DNA from: Callorhinchus milii
Lineage: Eukaryota
Direction: 5' to 3'
DNA: 64,000 nt
Assembly (NCBI RefSeq): GCF_018977255.1
Contig: NW_024704742.1
Location: 12,526,001 to 12,590,000 of the forward strand
Part shown: positions 13,140-26,059 of the stretch, in pieces
Layout of the letters: each line of letters starts with the position of its first letter
How positions within the stretch are numbered: the first letter of the stretch is position 1
The notes under the pieces: generated by a model
The model's input: only the letters and a program-made list of their open reading frames with translations
Database searches by the model: none
What the model was told of the DNA's origin: nothing
Translations under genes and position numbers: made by a program

Positions 13140-14258
13140 GCACTATATCTCTCACCATGGTCTGTCCTTGAACGGTACAGATCCTACCTCTCACGCCATC
13201 TCCACTTCATCGCCACAAACTTTCTCCTCTAGCCCCCTGTCTTCTGGGGCATTCCTCGGGGCTCTGTCCTTGGTTTCTCCTATTCTTCAATATCTATATG
13301 CTTCCTCTTTTTGTCAGCATCTGCAGACATGGGGTCAACTTCCACATCTATGCAAATGACACTCAACTCTATCTCTCTTCTTCCACCCTTGACTCCAGGA
13401 CCACTGCTGTCTGTCAGACGTCAAGTCCTGGATGAGAGATAACTTTCTTCAGTTGAAAGTCAACAAGACCAAAGCCCTCCTGATTGGCTCCCGTCAGCGC
13501 CTCCACACCTCAGGCACTGACAGCATCACCATCCCACCTTAGTCAGTCCGGAGTCTTGGCTTCTTGTTTAACCCTCAACTATCCTTTCTACCGCACATCC
13601 ATGCCATGACCAGCTCCTCAACATTGCCCAGCTCTGCCACTGTCTCACACCGGAAGCCGCCAAATCCCTCATACATGCATTCATAACATCCAGGTTTGAA
13701 CTATGCAAACTTCCTGCTTGTTGGCCTTCCCAATTCCTCCCTCTATAGGCTGCAGATAATCCAGAACTCTGCAGCCTGAGTCTTCTTCCACATCAGGCTC
13801 CGTGACCCTATCACCCCCATCCTCACCCGACTCCACTGACTTCCAATCACACAGAGGATACAGTTCAAGATCCTGGTCCTCATCTTCAAAGCCCTCAATT
13901 CCCTTGCTCCCCCCTACCTCTGCAACCTCCTACCACCTGCCTCTCCCTCCACTCAGTGGACTCCAGCCTGCTTCATGTCCCCCATTTCGCCTGCCCCACC
14001 ATTGGTGGGTGAGCCTGCAGCCACTCTGCCCGTACGCTCTGGAACTCCATCCAGCAGTCTCTCCACCTCGCCCCCACCCTTGGCTCCTTCAAGACCCATT
14101 TCAAGCCCATCCTCCTCGACCATGCTTTCGATCACCCTACTTCTCCCCTGCCCTCCACCATCCTGCCAGCTCAGGTCCGAAACACTGAATGTCCAGCGCC
14201 TTGGGATGTCCTCCCAATGTGAAAGGCACTATACAAATGTAATTTTGTTGTTGTTATG
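13140..14258 (+). mobile_element. L2 LINE 3' fragment (RT core to tail)
   Basis: PRGSVLG, YANDTQL, NFLQLKVNKT motifs; tail GTGAAAGGCACTATACAAATG(TTG)n. Confidence 0.85.
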
Positions 14259-14748
14259 TTTCTGGATTCCATAATACAACTCATGGGAACTCCACTCCGA
14301 TATGATCTCCTTTCAGAGTGAAGTTCTCGCAAGCCGGTTGTTAGTCAAGTGGCGGATTGCTTTTCCTTCAAAAAAAAATCAACTGGTCACTCATTCCACG
14401 ACTGTTTATGGGACACTGCTGTGCGCAATTGGCAGCTGTGTTTCGTCCACAAAATATACAGTCAATTCACGTTATAGTTTATTTCTGTCAAGAGCTTTGA
14501 GACATCTCAAAGATGTGATAATGCACTATATCAAATGCAAGAATTGTTATTATGACGTGCGTAATTGTGAACAGTATGAAACATAACTTTCAAGCGAGAG
14601 CAATAATTATTTGATATTGCCAATGAAGAGAACACAATACACTGCATGTTCTGATGATAAAAAGCTAAGGAATGAACGACTTGCATTGAAGTAAAAAGTC
14701 CCTCGAGCACCAGAGAACTACAGATCAAGAGGATCCTGTAGCCCATCT

Positions 14749-15040
14749 ATAATAATAATAATAATAATAATCCTTGCATTTGATATAGCGCTTTTCACGT
14801 CCGGAGGACATCCCAGATGAATTGACTGTATTTTTTGTGGGCGAACAGCAATGCGCACAGCAATGTCCCACAAACAGTCGTAGATTGAAAATGACCAATT
14901 TATTATTGTTTTTGGAGGGATTATTATTAGGCTCTGTGTGGAGTAAGGAAACTTGCCCAAGGTTTCGCCCTGCCTGGAATTGAACTCAGGTCTCTCGCTT
15001 GCAAAGCGAGTGCTCTAACCACTGAGCTACAGGACTCCAC
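14749..15040 (-). mobile_element. tRNA-Ala-derived SINE
   Basis: Young copy with GTGGAGTCCTGTAGCTCAGTGGTTAGAGC head on the minus strand and (ATT)n tail. Confidence 0.9.
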
Positions 15041-15384
15041 TGTAATCTAATCTCATCCTCGTGATCTTCTCATTACAGCATCAAGCTTGTCTAATGTTCT
15101 AACTTCCATCAGTCTTCTGTGTATCTGTAGCCACGTTCTAGCTATTGATTATTGACATTGTAAAGAAATACCTGGTTTCTATCTGAAACTCAACCTTTAC
15201 AATACCCTATGTAGAGCAATATTTTGAGTTAAATCAAAATATTGCTCTACAGCTCTACAGTTACGCTGAGCTCAACGTGTATGTGATCCAATAAAAGCTT
15301 ACAAGGGTATACGGTTAAAACAATTAACCTTGTTAATGTCAGTTTTCATCAGATGTTACAAGACGTGATACCAAAAACACTGTA

Positions 15385-15550
15385 TCACTAGCTCAATTGG
15401 TAGCACTCTCGCTTCTGAAACTGAAAGATACGGATTCAACCCACATGTTGGGATTTTGAACTCATGTAGTCTAGGCTGACATTCCAGTGTAGTGCTGAGG
15501 GTGTGCTGCATTGTTGGAGATGCTGTTCTTTAAACGGGACGTTAAACGTT
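15385..15550 (+). mobile_element. Deu-domain SINE fragment (SacSINE1/AmnSINE1-like)
   Basis: TAGGCTGACATTCCAGTGTAGTGCTGAGGGTGTGCTGCATTGTTGGAGATGCTGTTCTTT...ACGTTAAAC matches the DeuSINE consensus as I recall it; an opposite-strand fragment lies at ~15618-15750. Confidence 0.7.
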
Positions 15551-16022
15551 GGGATTTTTAATGCTGATTGAACCAACAGATAGGACCTCTGTATAACATC
15601 TCTTAGTAAGAATAAGACAATGCTACACTGTAACAGCAGTGCATTGGCGTATCAGCCTGGAATGTCAGTTCAAAGTCCTGAAGAGGAAGTTAAACCTACA
15701 GCTATCTGACTCAGAGGCGAGAGTGCTCCTGACTGAGCAAGACTGACTTCTACGCTAGAGCTGCCATAATCAGCATCGCAGCACAAACACCTATTGATAT
15801 TTTATTATTTTGAAATCGTACTTTTGGACTCTGTCCTATTGCAAGCTTCAGGCTTCAAATTGCATCTGGTCTTTGATTGTTCCCTTAAAAATTTAAGATG
15901 ACACAAATTTGTGGAAACTTCTCAAATTCAGCTGTAATTTGGAAGCCAGTTTTCTGCAGTTCTTCAAAAGAAAAGCTGGATGCTGATATACTGTAATGAA
16001 AACAAAATGTATGACTGCAACT

Positions 16023-16596
16023 GAAATAGAAAAATAGGTTTCTTTTTCAGCTGAAATCCTCCCTCAAAATCCCCAGCCATCCTTCCAATGTTAACTTATC
16101 TATTGCTCAACACAGATATACTTTCAGAGGTGGCTTGTTCAGTTATATATAATTGATTGTGGCTTCCAAATTAAGCCAGAATTTTTTTAAAAATCCACAA
16201 TTTTGTCCAATCTGAAATTTTAAGACAAAATCTTCTTATAGCCTCAAATGAGGAGTTAGTTTGAGCCTTTGTTTTTTTCAAGGAAACTCTTTATCAAAGT
16301 TATAAATAGCTGCGGTAGGTATATCTGAAACTTCCACAATTTCAGAGATCCTATCATACCATTACCCACTGGTACTCATCGACAGAGATTTACTTTTCCA
16401 TAAATTAAACATTGCACATGTGATGTACTTGCCTAAGAATCCCATCTTAATATTTGTTTTTCAGGAAGAAATGAGCTCATGACCAATTATATATAACTGA
16501 ATAAGCCAAATCTTAAATGTATATCTGTGTTGAGCAGTAGATAGGTTAACATTGACAGAGGGTTATAACTGAAAGAGTAGCCTATTTTTCTATTTC
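16023..16596. repeat. Fold-back / MITE-like element with ~115-130-bp inverted arms
   Basis: 16023-16155 is the approximate reverse complement of 16484-16596 (e.g. CAATGTTAACTTATCTATTGCTCAACACAGATATAC vs GTATATCTGTGTTGAGCAGTAGATAGGTTAACATTG). Confidence 0.75.
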
Positions 16597-18789
16597 TGTT
16601 TTTATTTCTATTTAGTGTCTCTGGGACCAGACACTAAACCAAGTCTAGCCTGATGTTATGCCACGTTCTTCTCTACTGGCTGTAAGTGTCTGGATCGTTA
16701 AAAAAAAGTTTGTTCTGTCTAAAGGCATTTTCTGGAGAATGTGAATTTGCAGCACAAAACTACTCGTAGTATGGTCCTATAAGAGTTGGTAGTTGGGCTC
16801 AGATTGTTGCAGGAATAGTCTCTGTGGGAAATTAAACTGTAAAATGGATAAGGTAAAATTATATGTTTATTATTTTAGTTGGAAAGCAAGGAAAGTGATG
16901 AAGGAAAAAGTGGAGCATAATCACATTGCCTCTGAGTATCACCTTACAATATAATTTATTATAATAATTAATAATAATCCTTGTATTTGATACAGTGCAT
17001 TATCACGTCTTTGAGAGTTTTTCACAAAATGTACTGTAAAGTTAATTGACTGTATATTTTGTGGGCAAAATCTATATTTATATAGTGTCTTTCACATCAG
17101 GAGGACACCTCAAAGCTCAAAACAGATTAGATAGTTTTCTTTTAGGAAATAACATGTTGGGATATAGTACATAGGTAGCTAGGGACATATGTGCATGCAA
17201 CTGCCAGGAAGGTGGAATGCAAACTAGATGGACCTTGGTCTTTTTTTTGCCTAGCATTGTATATTCTTATGGGTGCCCAATTTGAGGGTGGGAGTCTGTG
17301 CCGGGAGGGGCAAAGATGACCGAAAAGTGTGGTCAAAGAGGTACATTTTGACAAAGGCATCACCCCATTAAATTCAATGCATACCAGGTGACATCCTTGC
17401 TATGCAAATCAACTTTAAGATCCTTGTACTGGTATAAGAATATCCTCATGGTCTACGCAATCCCCTCCATCTTTACTCTCCTGTCCACATCCTCTTCTCA
17501 TTCGATTCTAATCCAGCACTTGTTCCTAATTTTTCCTTTGTCCTACTTGAGGAACTTTCTTCTAAAACCCCTTCATCTAATTCTTCTCTACCTGCCTTCA
17601 AAGCTTCACAAAAATATATATTTTTAATCATTCTTTTGATTAACATTCTTTTTAATTCTCTGTTCTGTCTCCCAGTTCAGTGCTCTCTATCCACATCTTT
17701 GACATCCTTCGAGATATAAAATAAATAATGTTTGATAAATCACCTTTCACATTGGGAGGATGTGTCAAAGCGCTTTCACAGGATTTTGCTGTGAAGACTG
17801 TGTATTTTGTAGGCGGACACCTACCGATTGGGGATACAACATTTTTTTATATTTTTGCAAAAATATGGTACTGCAAGCACAGAGAATGAAAGAGCAATAA
17901 GGAAACTAAAGTTGTGATTTACTTTGAAAAAACAAGCCAGCCTATTGAGATCAGTGTTGTTCTATTTACTACAGCTTTCTCCCTTCAGTTGCTTATCACT
18001 CCCTCTATTTTGTATCATTTGCCCATCAGGGTTGACCCAAAGCGCACTGGCATTTCCATTATAATTCACAATTTAATTCTGGAAGTGACAAAACCAATAT
18101 TAATGATAATGTATTTTTTTTCTTTGTGTTGACCACTAAAATGTAACCCCAACAAATGGTAAAAGCTCCATCAAAGTGAAAAGAAAGCATGATTTGTGGG
18201 AGAAGTGAAGTACTACAATTCAGATAATTTCTCACTTTTATCAGCAACCTTGTGGCCCTTAAGTTTGCAATTTCAATTTGTATGGATGATGTTTACTCAC
18301 TCAATTTGAGTACAAGATAACATTTATTACTTTGTTATCGCCTCCATTATGTGCAAAGATTTGAAAATTGTCTTTAATTATGTTGCTGATTACCTTAGAT
18401 GATTGGCCTTTAAAGTGTTGCATGAATCAAGCAAATAATGACATTATTACAATTATGCAGCTCATCCTGCTGGCTGACTGAAATGTGAATGCAAAGATGT
18501 GGTACAGAATTAATGTATTATAGAAACTAAATTCAGTTCCACTTGCCTCTCCAACAATAACATGATGACATAATATTGTGTTAACTGAATGTTAATTCAT
18601 CCTAAATCTATGGCAACACTTCCAAGGAATATCAATTATCATTATAATATACCGATATACTTATATCATTATATAATATAAGTGTACAGAAGAAATGATA
18701 AGGACACCATATCATTACCTTGCAAACACTGTTTGATGGTAAACCTAAATATTTAGCAATAAAAAAAATCATCAATATTACTTGAGTTA

Positions 18790-18930
18790 GTACAGGGCTG
18801 TGCGGCTGAGGAGGGAACGGGTGGGGGCAGAGCGGGGGAACCGCTGACGTCATAGTTGTAGTTTTCAGAAGTGTGCGCGCGCAACAAAAAAAAAGAAAAA
18901 AATCCTCTGCGCCCCCCACACCCCCCCCCC
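18790..18930. promoter_or_regulatory. Small CpG-rich promoter-like patch
   Basis: CpG-rich patch in AT-rich DNA; palindromic CRE TGACGTCA at 18845-18852 next to AAACTACAAC on the minus strand (ACTACA is part of the ZNF143/THAP11 promoter motif); GCGCGCGC at ~18875. Confidence 0.35.
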
Positions 18931-18989
18931 AGGGCTCACATCAAAACGTCTGCTCCTTCTGTAACAAGGCCCTGGTCATCAACGATCTC

Positions 18990-19977
18990 ATCCTTGTATG
19001 CGGATGACACCCAACTCTTCCTTTCCTCCTCTACCCTCAACTCCACGACTGCCTGTCTGACATTGATTCCTGGACGAGAGATAACTTTCTTCAGCTCAAC
19101 GTGCGCAAAACTGAGGCCCTCCTGATTGGCTCGCGCCAGCGCCTCCGCACCTCAGGCGCTGACAGCATCAGCATCCAAGGCTGCACTCTCCACCTCTCAA
19201 AGCCATCAGGAACCTCGGGGTTCTGTTCGACCCTGAGCTGTCTTTTCTCCCTCATATCCGCGCCACAACTGGCACCGCCTTCCATCACCTCCGGAATGTC
19301 GCCAGACTACGGCACTACCTCACTCCTCACGCTGCTGAAACTCTGGTCCACGCCTTTATCACCTCAAGGCTGGGCTATGGGAACTCTCTCTTCGCCGGCC
19401 TTCCCGCCACCTCCCTCCACAAGCTGCAGGTCATTCAGAACTCTGCAGCTCGTGTACTGTCCCGCACCAGGCTTCGGGACCACATCACTCCCACCCTCGC
19501 TCGCCTCCACTGGCTCCCCATTCCCCAGAGGATCGAATTCAAGATCCTCACCCTCACCTACAAGGCCATTCACGGCCTTGCTCCCTCCTACCTCTCCGAC
19601 CTACTATCCCCCTACCTACCTGCCCATACTCTCCGTTCTTCTGGCTCCGGTCTGCTCCACATCCCCCGCCCCAACCGCCCTACCATCGGTGGCCGGGCCT
19701 TCAGCCTCTCAGCCCCGAGGCTCTGGAACTCTATCCCCCAGTGCCTTTGCCTTGCCTCCTTCCTTTCCTCCTTCAAGGCCGGTCTCAAGACCTTTCTCTT
19801 TGACCGTGCCTTCAGCTCCCCTCTCAACTCTCTACTCCCTCCTCGCTCCCTCCCTTCCCTCCCCTCACCCTGACCATTTCCCCCCTGCTCGGGTCCTGAC
19901 TCAACTGTACAGCGCTTTGGGACGTCCTCCCGACGTGAAAGGCGCTCTATAAATGGAATCTTGTTGTTGTTGTTGTT
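18990..19977 (+). mobile_element. Young L2 LINE 3' fragment
   Basis: LYADDTQL, KTEALLIGSRQRL, LHWLPIPQRIEFKIL; intact tail and (TTG)n; CpGs retained. Confidence 0.92.
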
Positions 19978-20482
19978 CACATACAGCTAGATTTAAACAT
20001 CCATTGTGAATCATGAAGGTATTCAGAAAAATTTTAGATGCAATAACAACAATCATAGGATAATAAGCACAAGAAAGGCCATTCAGCTCATCAGCTCTTT
20101 GGAAGAGCTACTCAATCATTCTCACTCCTCCGCGCTTTCCCCATAATTTCCTCTTCAAATACCTATCTTTTAAAAGTTGTTATTGAATATGTTTCCAGAT
20201 AATATTTTATAATGTTATTCTTTATAACAATAATAATCCTTGCATTTGATATGGAACCTTATCACATAATCAAAGCGTCCCTTAGAACTTCACAAGATTT
20301 TAACGGTGAAATTTTATTGCGAAGTGTCATGATTGTATTTTTGGAGTCAATTTTTTTTATGATATTCTCCAAGGGGATTTTTAAAGTTTATTGTTATCCT
20401 CTTGAGAAATAAACAATCTTCAAAGATGGTCTGATTTTTCATATAATCCATTGCTTGGCTAAATAATTATTTTATTCCATAG

Positions 20483-22620
20483 TAACACCAACAACAACTT
20501 GGATTTATACAGTGCCCTCCACGCCGGACGGCGTCTCAGAGCGCTTTACAGTAATAGATCTCGGGGATGAGCCACGGGGAGGTGGGGGAAGGTGACCAAA
20601 GGCGCGGTCGAAAAGAAAGGTATTCAGCAGAGGTCTGGAAATGGGAAGGGAGGGAGCGAGGCAAAGGGAGTGAGGAAGGGAATTCCAGAGCCTCGGGGCA
20701 TAGTGGCTGAAGGCACGGCCGCCGAGGGAGTGGAGGACCTGAGGGACAAGGAGGAGGCCAGACCCAGAGGAACGAAGGCAACGGGCACTGTTTTGAGGAG
20801 AGAAGTTAGAGAGGTAGGGAGGTGCAGAAAAGTCCAGGGAGTTGAATACTAAGGTGAGGATCTTGAAATCGATCCTCTCTGGGACAGGCAACCAGTGCAG
20901 TCTGGCAAGGACTGGGGTGATCGGGGAACAGAGTTTGGTGTGGGTGAGAGTGCAGGTAGCAGAGTTTTGAATGATTTGGATTTTATGGATGGTAGTGGAG
21001 GGGAGACCGGAGAGGAGGGCATTAGAGTAGTCCAGCTGACAGGTGACAAGGGCATGGATCAGGGTTTCAGCAGCTTTTGGGGAGCGTTATTGGCGGGCGA
21101 TGGGTCGGAGGTGGAAGAAAGTGGTGCTGGTGGAGGAGGTGAGAGCCGTGAGATTTTAGACGTTGACAAGAGCCAAAGAGTATGGCTTCTGTCTTGTCAA
21201 CATTCAGCTGAAGGAAATTTGCGCTCATCCAGCCCCTGAGATCTGACAGGCAGACTGACAGAAGATCAGGGGACTGGGGGTCGCAAAGAGGGGTGGAAAA
21301 ATAGAGTTGGGTGTCATCTGCATACATGTGGAAATGTATCCCATGTCTGCGGATGACACCCCCAAGAGGGAGCATGTAGATCAGAAAGAGAAGGGGGTCA
21401 AGGATGGATCCTTGGGGTACCCCGCAGGTGCCCGGGTGAGAGCGGGAGGAGAAGCCGTTTGTGCAGATGTACTGCCGGCAGTTTGTGAGGTAGGACTCGA
21501 ACCAGGCGAGTGCGGTCCCACTGAGATGGATGATGGAGGAAAGGCGGTGGAGGAGGATGGCGTGATCAACTGTGTCGAACGCGGCGGAGAGGTCCAGGAG
21601 GACAAGGAGGCAGAGGGAGCCCTGGTCACAGATAGAGAGGATGTCGTTTGTGTCTTTCACAAGCGCAGTCTCTGTACTGTGGACGGAAACCGGACTGGAG
21701 GGGTTCGAAGAGAGAATGGGAGGAGAGGTGTGCACGAAGGTGATTGGCAACAACGCATTCTAGAACTTTTGAGAGGAAGGGCAGGTTAGAAATAGGGCGG
21801 TAATGGCTGGGGTTTGAGGGATCTAGGGAGGGTTTTTTCAGGAGGGGCTGATAACAGCAGTTTTGAGGGAGGCAGGGACTGGTCCAGAGGAGAGGGACTG
21901 GTTAATGATGTCAGCCAGTAGTGGGCAGAGGAGGGAAAGCTTGGTGACCAGAAAGTTGGTGGGCAGGGCGTCGAGGCAGCAGGTGATGGGGTTAATGGAG
22001 GTGATGGTAAAGTGAGGGAGGAGTGAGAGATGGGGAGGAAGGAATGTAGAATGGGGATGATGGTAGGAGCAGATGATGAGAAAGGTGAGGGGGACAGAGA
22101 GGGCGAGGTGGTGGGTGACAAGGGGCAGGTGGATGAGGCTGCCTGGCGGATGTATAGTATTTTAGATGAAAAGAAGTCCATGACCTCCTCGCACCTGGCA
22201 TTTGATATGAAGATTGAAGAGGCCTGAGTGGGGGCATGGAGGAGGTAGTGGTTGGTGAAAAAAAGATTTTAGGGTGATGTTTAGCCTCCAAGATGATGTT
22301 GGAGAAGAAGGCCATTTCGTGCGCGTCAAAGAACGGCGGTAGATCTGGAGATGTTCGAATCACAGTTGGCGGTGGACTGTCAGGCCAGTTTTCTGCCATA
22401 TGCGCTCAAGCAGATGGGTTTGAGTTTTTTGGTGGTGGAGATGATTGTTTTGCCAGGGGGATGGTGAGTTTGGAGGTGGTTCTGGATTTCAGGGGAACGA
22501 GGGAGTTGAAGGTGGAGGAGAGGTGATCATGGAGCAACTGGACGGCTGCTTCTGGATCTCTGTATTTGGAAGGCCAGAGGGATAAGATGTTTGATGATGA
22601 GAGGGCCTTTGTGAGTGTCT
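20483..22620 (-). mobile_element. L2 LINE (second subfamily) with RT domain
   Basis: HSTETAL, LLDLSAAFDTVDH, GVPQGSILDPLLF, HMYADDTQLY, NFLQLNVDKTE in ORF 21067-21753; tail at 20483-20550. Confidence 0.92.
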
Positions 22621-22667
22621 CAGGGAGTAACCTGTACTTCCCATTCTGCAGCAACATGCAGATCTCA

Positions 22668-22870
22668 TATCATAGAATTATACAGCATAGAAAGAGGTCA
22701 TTCGGCCCAACATGTCCTCTTTCAAAGAGCTGCCCAAATTAATCCCACTCCTCCGATCTCTCCCTGTAGCCGTGCAAATTTGTCCTCCCCAAATATCGAC
22801 CTCTCTTCAAACTAGTTATTGAATCGGCTTCCACCACCCTCTCAGGCAATGGATTCCAGGTCTGAACGAT
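22668..22870 (-). mobile_element. CR1 3' tail fragment
   Basis: CATAGAATTATACAGCATAGAAAGAGGTCATTCGGCCCA is the reverse complement of the CR1 terminus. Confidence 0.7.
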
Positions 22871-23549
22871 GTAGATGAAATAAAATCCCCCAGATCAATC
22901 ACTTCATGGCTATTTGTGGGACATTCCTTTGCACAAATTGGCTGCTGTGATCACTTACAAATACCCAGTCACGACACTTTACAGAAAAAATGTTTCAACA
23001 GTAATAGGCACTACATCAAATGCAAAGATTACTACTATTATTATTAAATACTTCCTCAAACCCCAAAAAGATGATCAAAAAATAACTCCAGAATATTCAT
23101 CCAGCTTCACATTTCAACTAGTCAACCCTGTTTTTCATCCTCTACAGATAACATTCATTTCTGTTAATAAATTAAGAAAGGCTATTCCTTCTACTCTAAC
23201 CTTGGAAAATGTTGGATAGTGTCTGATTGGAACCAATGAGTTCAAGGTGGTTTATTACTTATTCCAATCTGTCCATGGTTAAAGCGTAGGTGTTATTTAA
23301 AGGATCAAATGGAGCACATGTGGTGAAGGTAACAATGTGATGAATCTTCACTTAGAATACTAATTAATTTCGGCTCTGAATCATTTTCTCACTTGCGGGT
23401 GGTGCACTAGATTACCCGTCACATTGCGAGTTCACCTTTCATCAGTCAACAAATGATAGGAATGAATTAAGATGGCCTCTTTAGTCTGACAAACAGACAG
23501 GTTTCAGGGGAGTTGAAAATAAATGGCTGTATGGTGTAAGTTTAGTCCA

Positions 23550-23860
23550 GTTACTACCACTTTTGTCTCTGAGTCAGAAAGTTATGGGCTCAAACCCTGA
23601 ATTATGTGAGTTAAGCACTGACAGAGGTGCTGCTCTTTGGATGAAACCTTAAATTAAAGCACCATCTGTCACTTCAGGTGGATGTGAAATATCTGAGAAC
23701 ATTATTTGAAAAGGAAAGAGAGTCGATTATACTCCAGTCATATGGGTCATTAACTTCATGGTTGTTTATAGGATTTTGCTTCCACAGATTTTTGCCGTAT
23801 TTGTTACCTATGAAATGCTTTGAGACTTTTTGACAGGTGCTATGTCAAATGCAAGGATGT
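23550..23860 (+). mobile_element. Old Deu-domain SINE
   Basis: CTCTGAGTCAGAAAGTTATGGGCTCAAA head and GAGGTGCTGCTCTTTGGATGAAAC...CAGGTGGATGT Deu core. Confidence 0.6.
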
Positions 23861-24669
23861 TTATCATGATCTTTTCACCTGCAACGCACTTGTACAGACA
23901 GATGATGCTGTAGACTTAAATGTTTCTTAATTGCTGCCTCTTGACTATGCTGGTTGCATATAGTTTTGCGGGAGCTCCCTATTTTACTCACTAGGCTAAA
24001 CTAAACATGTCGTTGAGACCACGCAGCTATAAATTGCTCTATTTCTATCTTTCTAAAAAAGTAACTTGTTAAGATGTGGGTTCATTTTCAAAGATTCACT
24101 ACAGGATGAGTTCCTGATCTCAGACGTGTCAACGAGGGAGGGCACCATGCAAAGGCCACATGCCTACCAACAGGGAGGGCGGGTTAATCACACACAGTCC
24201 CTGGATTGTCCTTCACTGCCTCCTGTTGCGGAGTATATTGGTAGTGATAAGGTTGCAGGTTGCCAGCGTTCTCTCTCATATGTATGTTGATCGAAACAAC
24301 ACAAGCATCCTTCGGGCATGCACCTTTATTTTTGGAAAGGTATATTCATAAAGAGAGGTGTAAAAATAGGGAAGCGGCACTGATTTGAATTGCTCCGCAA
24401 GCAATGGATCACATTGCAGGTCAAAAAGCTTGATTTGGAGGTCAAGTGGGGCTTTGTCAACATCAAATGAGAAAGGTGAAGAGACCAAAGACAGGTCATT
24501 TTCGATCAAATTGAAATCCTGGAATCAGCGAGAAAATTCAGCATGTAAGTCAAGTAGTGACAAAGTATACTTTTTAAGGCTTTGATCGCAAACATAATCT
24601 GCAGCAAAGTTGGAAAGTGGGCGAACAGCCTGTTTCCTATCTGTCGCGATAAAACAAATAATTTTGTCA

Positions 24670-24996
24670 TAATAATAATAATCCTTGCATTTGATATAGC
24701 GCTTTTCACGTCGGGAGGACATCCCAAAGCGCTTCACAGAACACAAATATACAGTCAATTAACTTTACAGTTAAAGTGAATTGACTATATATTTGTGGGC
24801 GAACGCGGCAGCCAATTGCGCACAGCAATGTCCCACAAACAGTCGTAGATTGAAAATGAACAATTTATTATTGTTTTTGGTTTTGGAGGGATTATTATTA
24901 GGTGTGTGGAGTAAGGAAACTTGCCCAAGGTTTCGCCCTGCCTGGAATTGAACTCAGGTCTCTCGCTTGCAAAGCGAGTGCTCTAACCACTGAGCT
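24670..24996 (-). mobile_element. tRNA-Ala-derived SINE inserted in the hAT transposase
   Basis: Same family as 14749-15040; slightly 5'-truncated. Confidence 0.9.
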
Positions 24997-25500
24997 TGAC
25001 AAATTGTGCACAAAGGCCCCTTTCCGTTGCAGTTTTGAATTCAATTAATTCATGTGGCCCGTGATATCAACAGCAAATGCGAAATCAGAGCCAATTTATA
25101 TTATTCAGCTGTGGGAAATCCGAATCTTTTTGTTTCACACCCAAAAATAAATCAATCTTTATTCTCAGTTCCCACACTCTCTTCAAGACGTTTCCTAAAC
25201 TAAGCCATCTTACATTTGTGTGACACAGAACATTCCAATTCCTCAAGCAGAGTTACAAATTGCCTGTGGTTTAATCCTTTTGTTCGAATGTAGTTGACCA
25301 CTTTCATAACTGTGTCCACCACGTTGCTGAGTTTTAGAACACTCTTACAGAGGACCTCTTGATGGATAATGCAGTGTAGAAAAACAATATTCTGTTCTGG
25401 ATTTGTTTCTTGATCTTGAATTCTTTTCAGTAATCCAACATTTTTGCCTGTCAGATTCGCGCTTCCATCGGTGGTCACATTCACCAAATTTTCTACTCCA

Positions 25501-26059
25501 TGTTAGAATTTACACTTTTTGTATAATGTTAGAATCATGATAGATGTTGCGAACGGGTTAACTTTTAAGTTAAGTGTGGGGGGGGGGCAACTGGACTGAA
25601 ACTCATGAGTTTCCCAGGATCACGTGAGTGTCTCAAGGATAAGATGTGTACTACTGCCCTGCAAGTACACAAGATAACGGACTGTCTCAAGGACAGTGTG
25701 TTTGTGTGTGTGAGGCACGTACACCCCCACGTGAACTCAGCATGATTTTGGCCAGGTGACCTAATGTCCGCACCATGATTGGATGGACCCAAGCTTAAGA
25801 CACAGTGCCAGACCAAGATCGGGGCGTGCTCAGGACAGTACCTACCGTGGATGGAAGACTGAGAGCTAGAAGACAGAAGTAGACGACCACGAGGAGGGAT
25901 TACGCGGTACTATTGTTCTGTTAGTAAATTGATTGATTGTGCTTACTTGCCGACGCCCATCGGGAACTTGGACGGATCCTGGAATTTAATAAACACTACT
26001 CTGGTTGCAAACAATGGTTGTGTTTGATTGGAACTCGAAAAAAGTTTTTTTTTCTAACA
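25501..26059 (+). mobile_element. Solo LTR (559 bp)
   Basis: Ends TGTTAGAA...TTCTAACA (perfect 8-bp inverted termini), 4-bp TSD TCCA (25497-25500, 26060-26063), AATAAA at 25988; interrupts the hAT reading frame. Confidence 0.88.

Noticed and set aside
14585..14748. Minus-strand ORF MGYRILLICSSLVLEG... as a secreted-peptide exon
   Set aside because: Sits between two SINE tails, has no clear splice context and no recognisable homology.
19101..19952. 283-aa Pro/Ser-rich ORF
   Set aside because: Off-frame reading of a frameshifted L2 ORF2.
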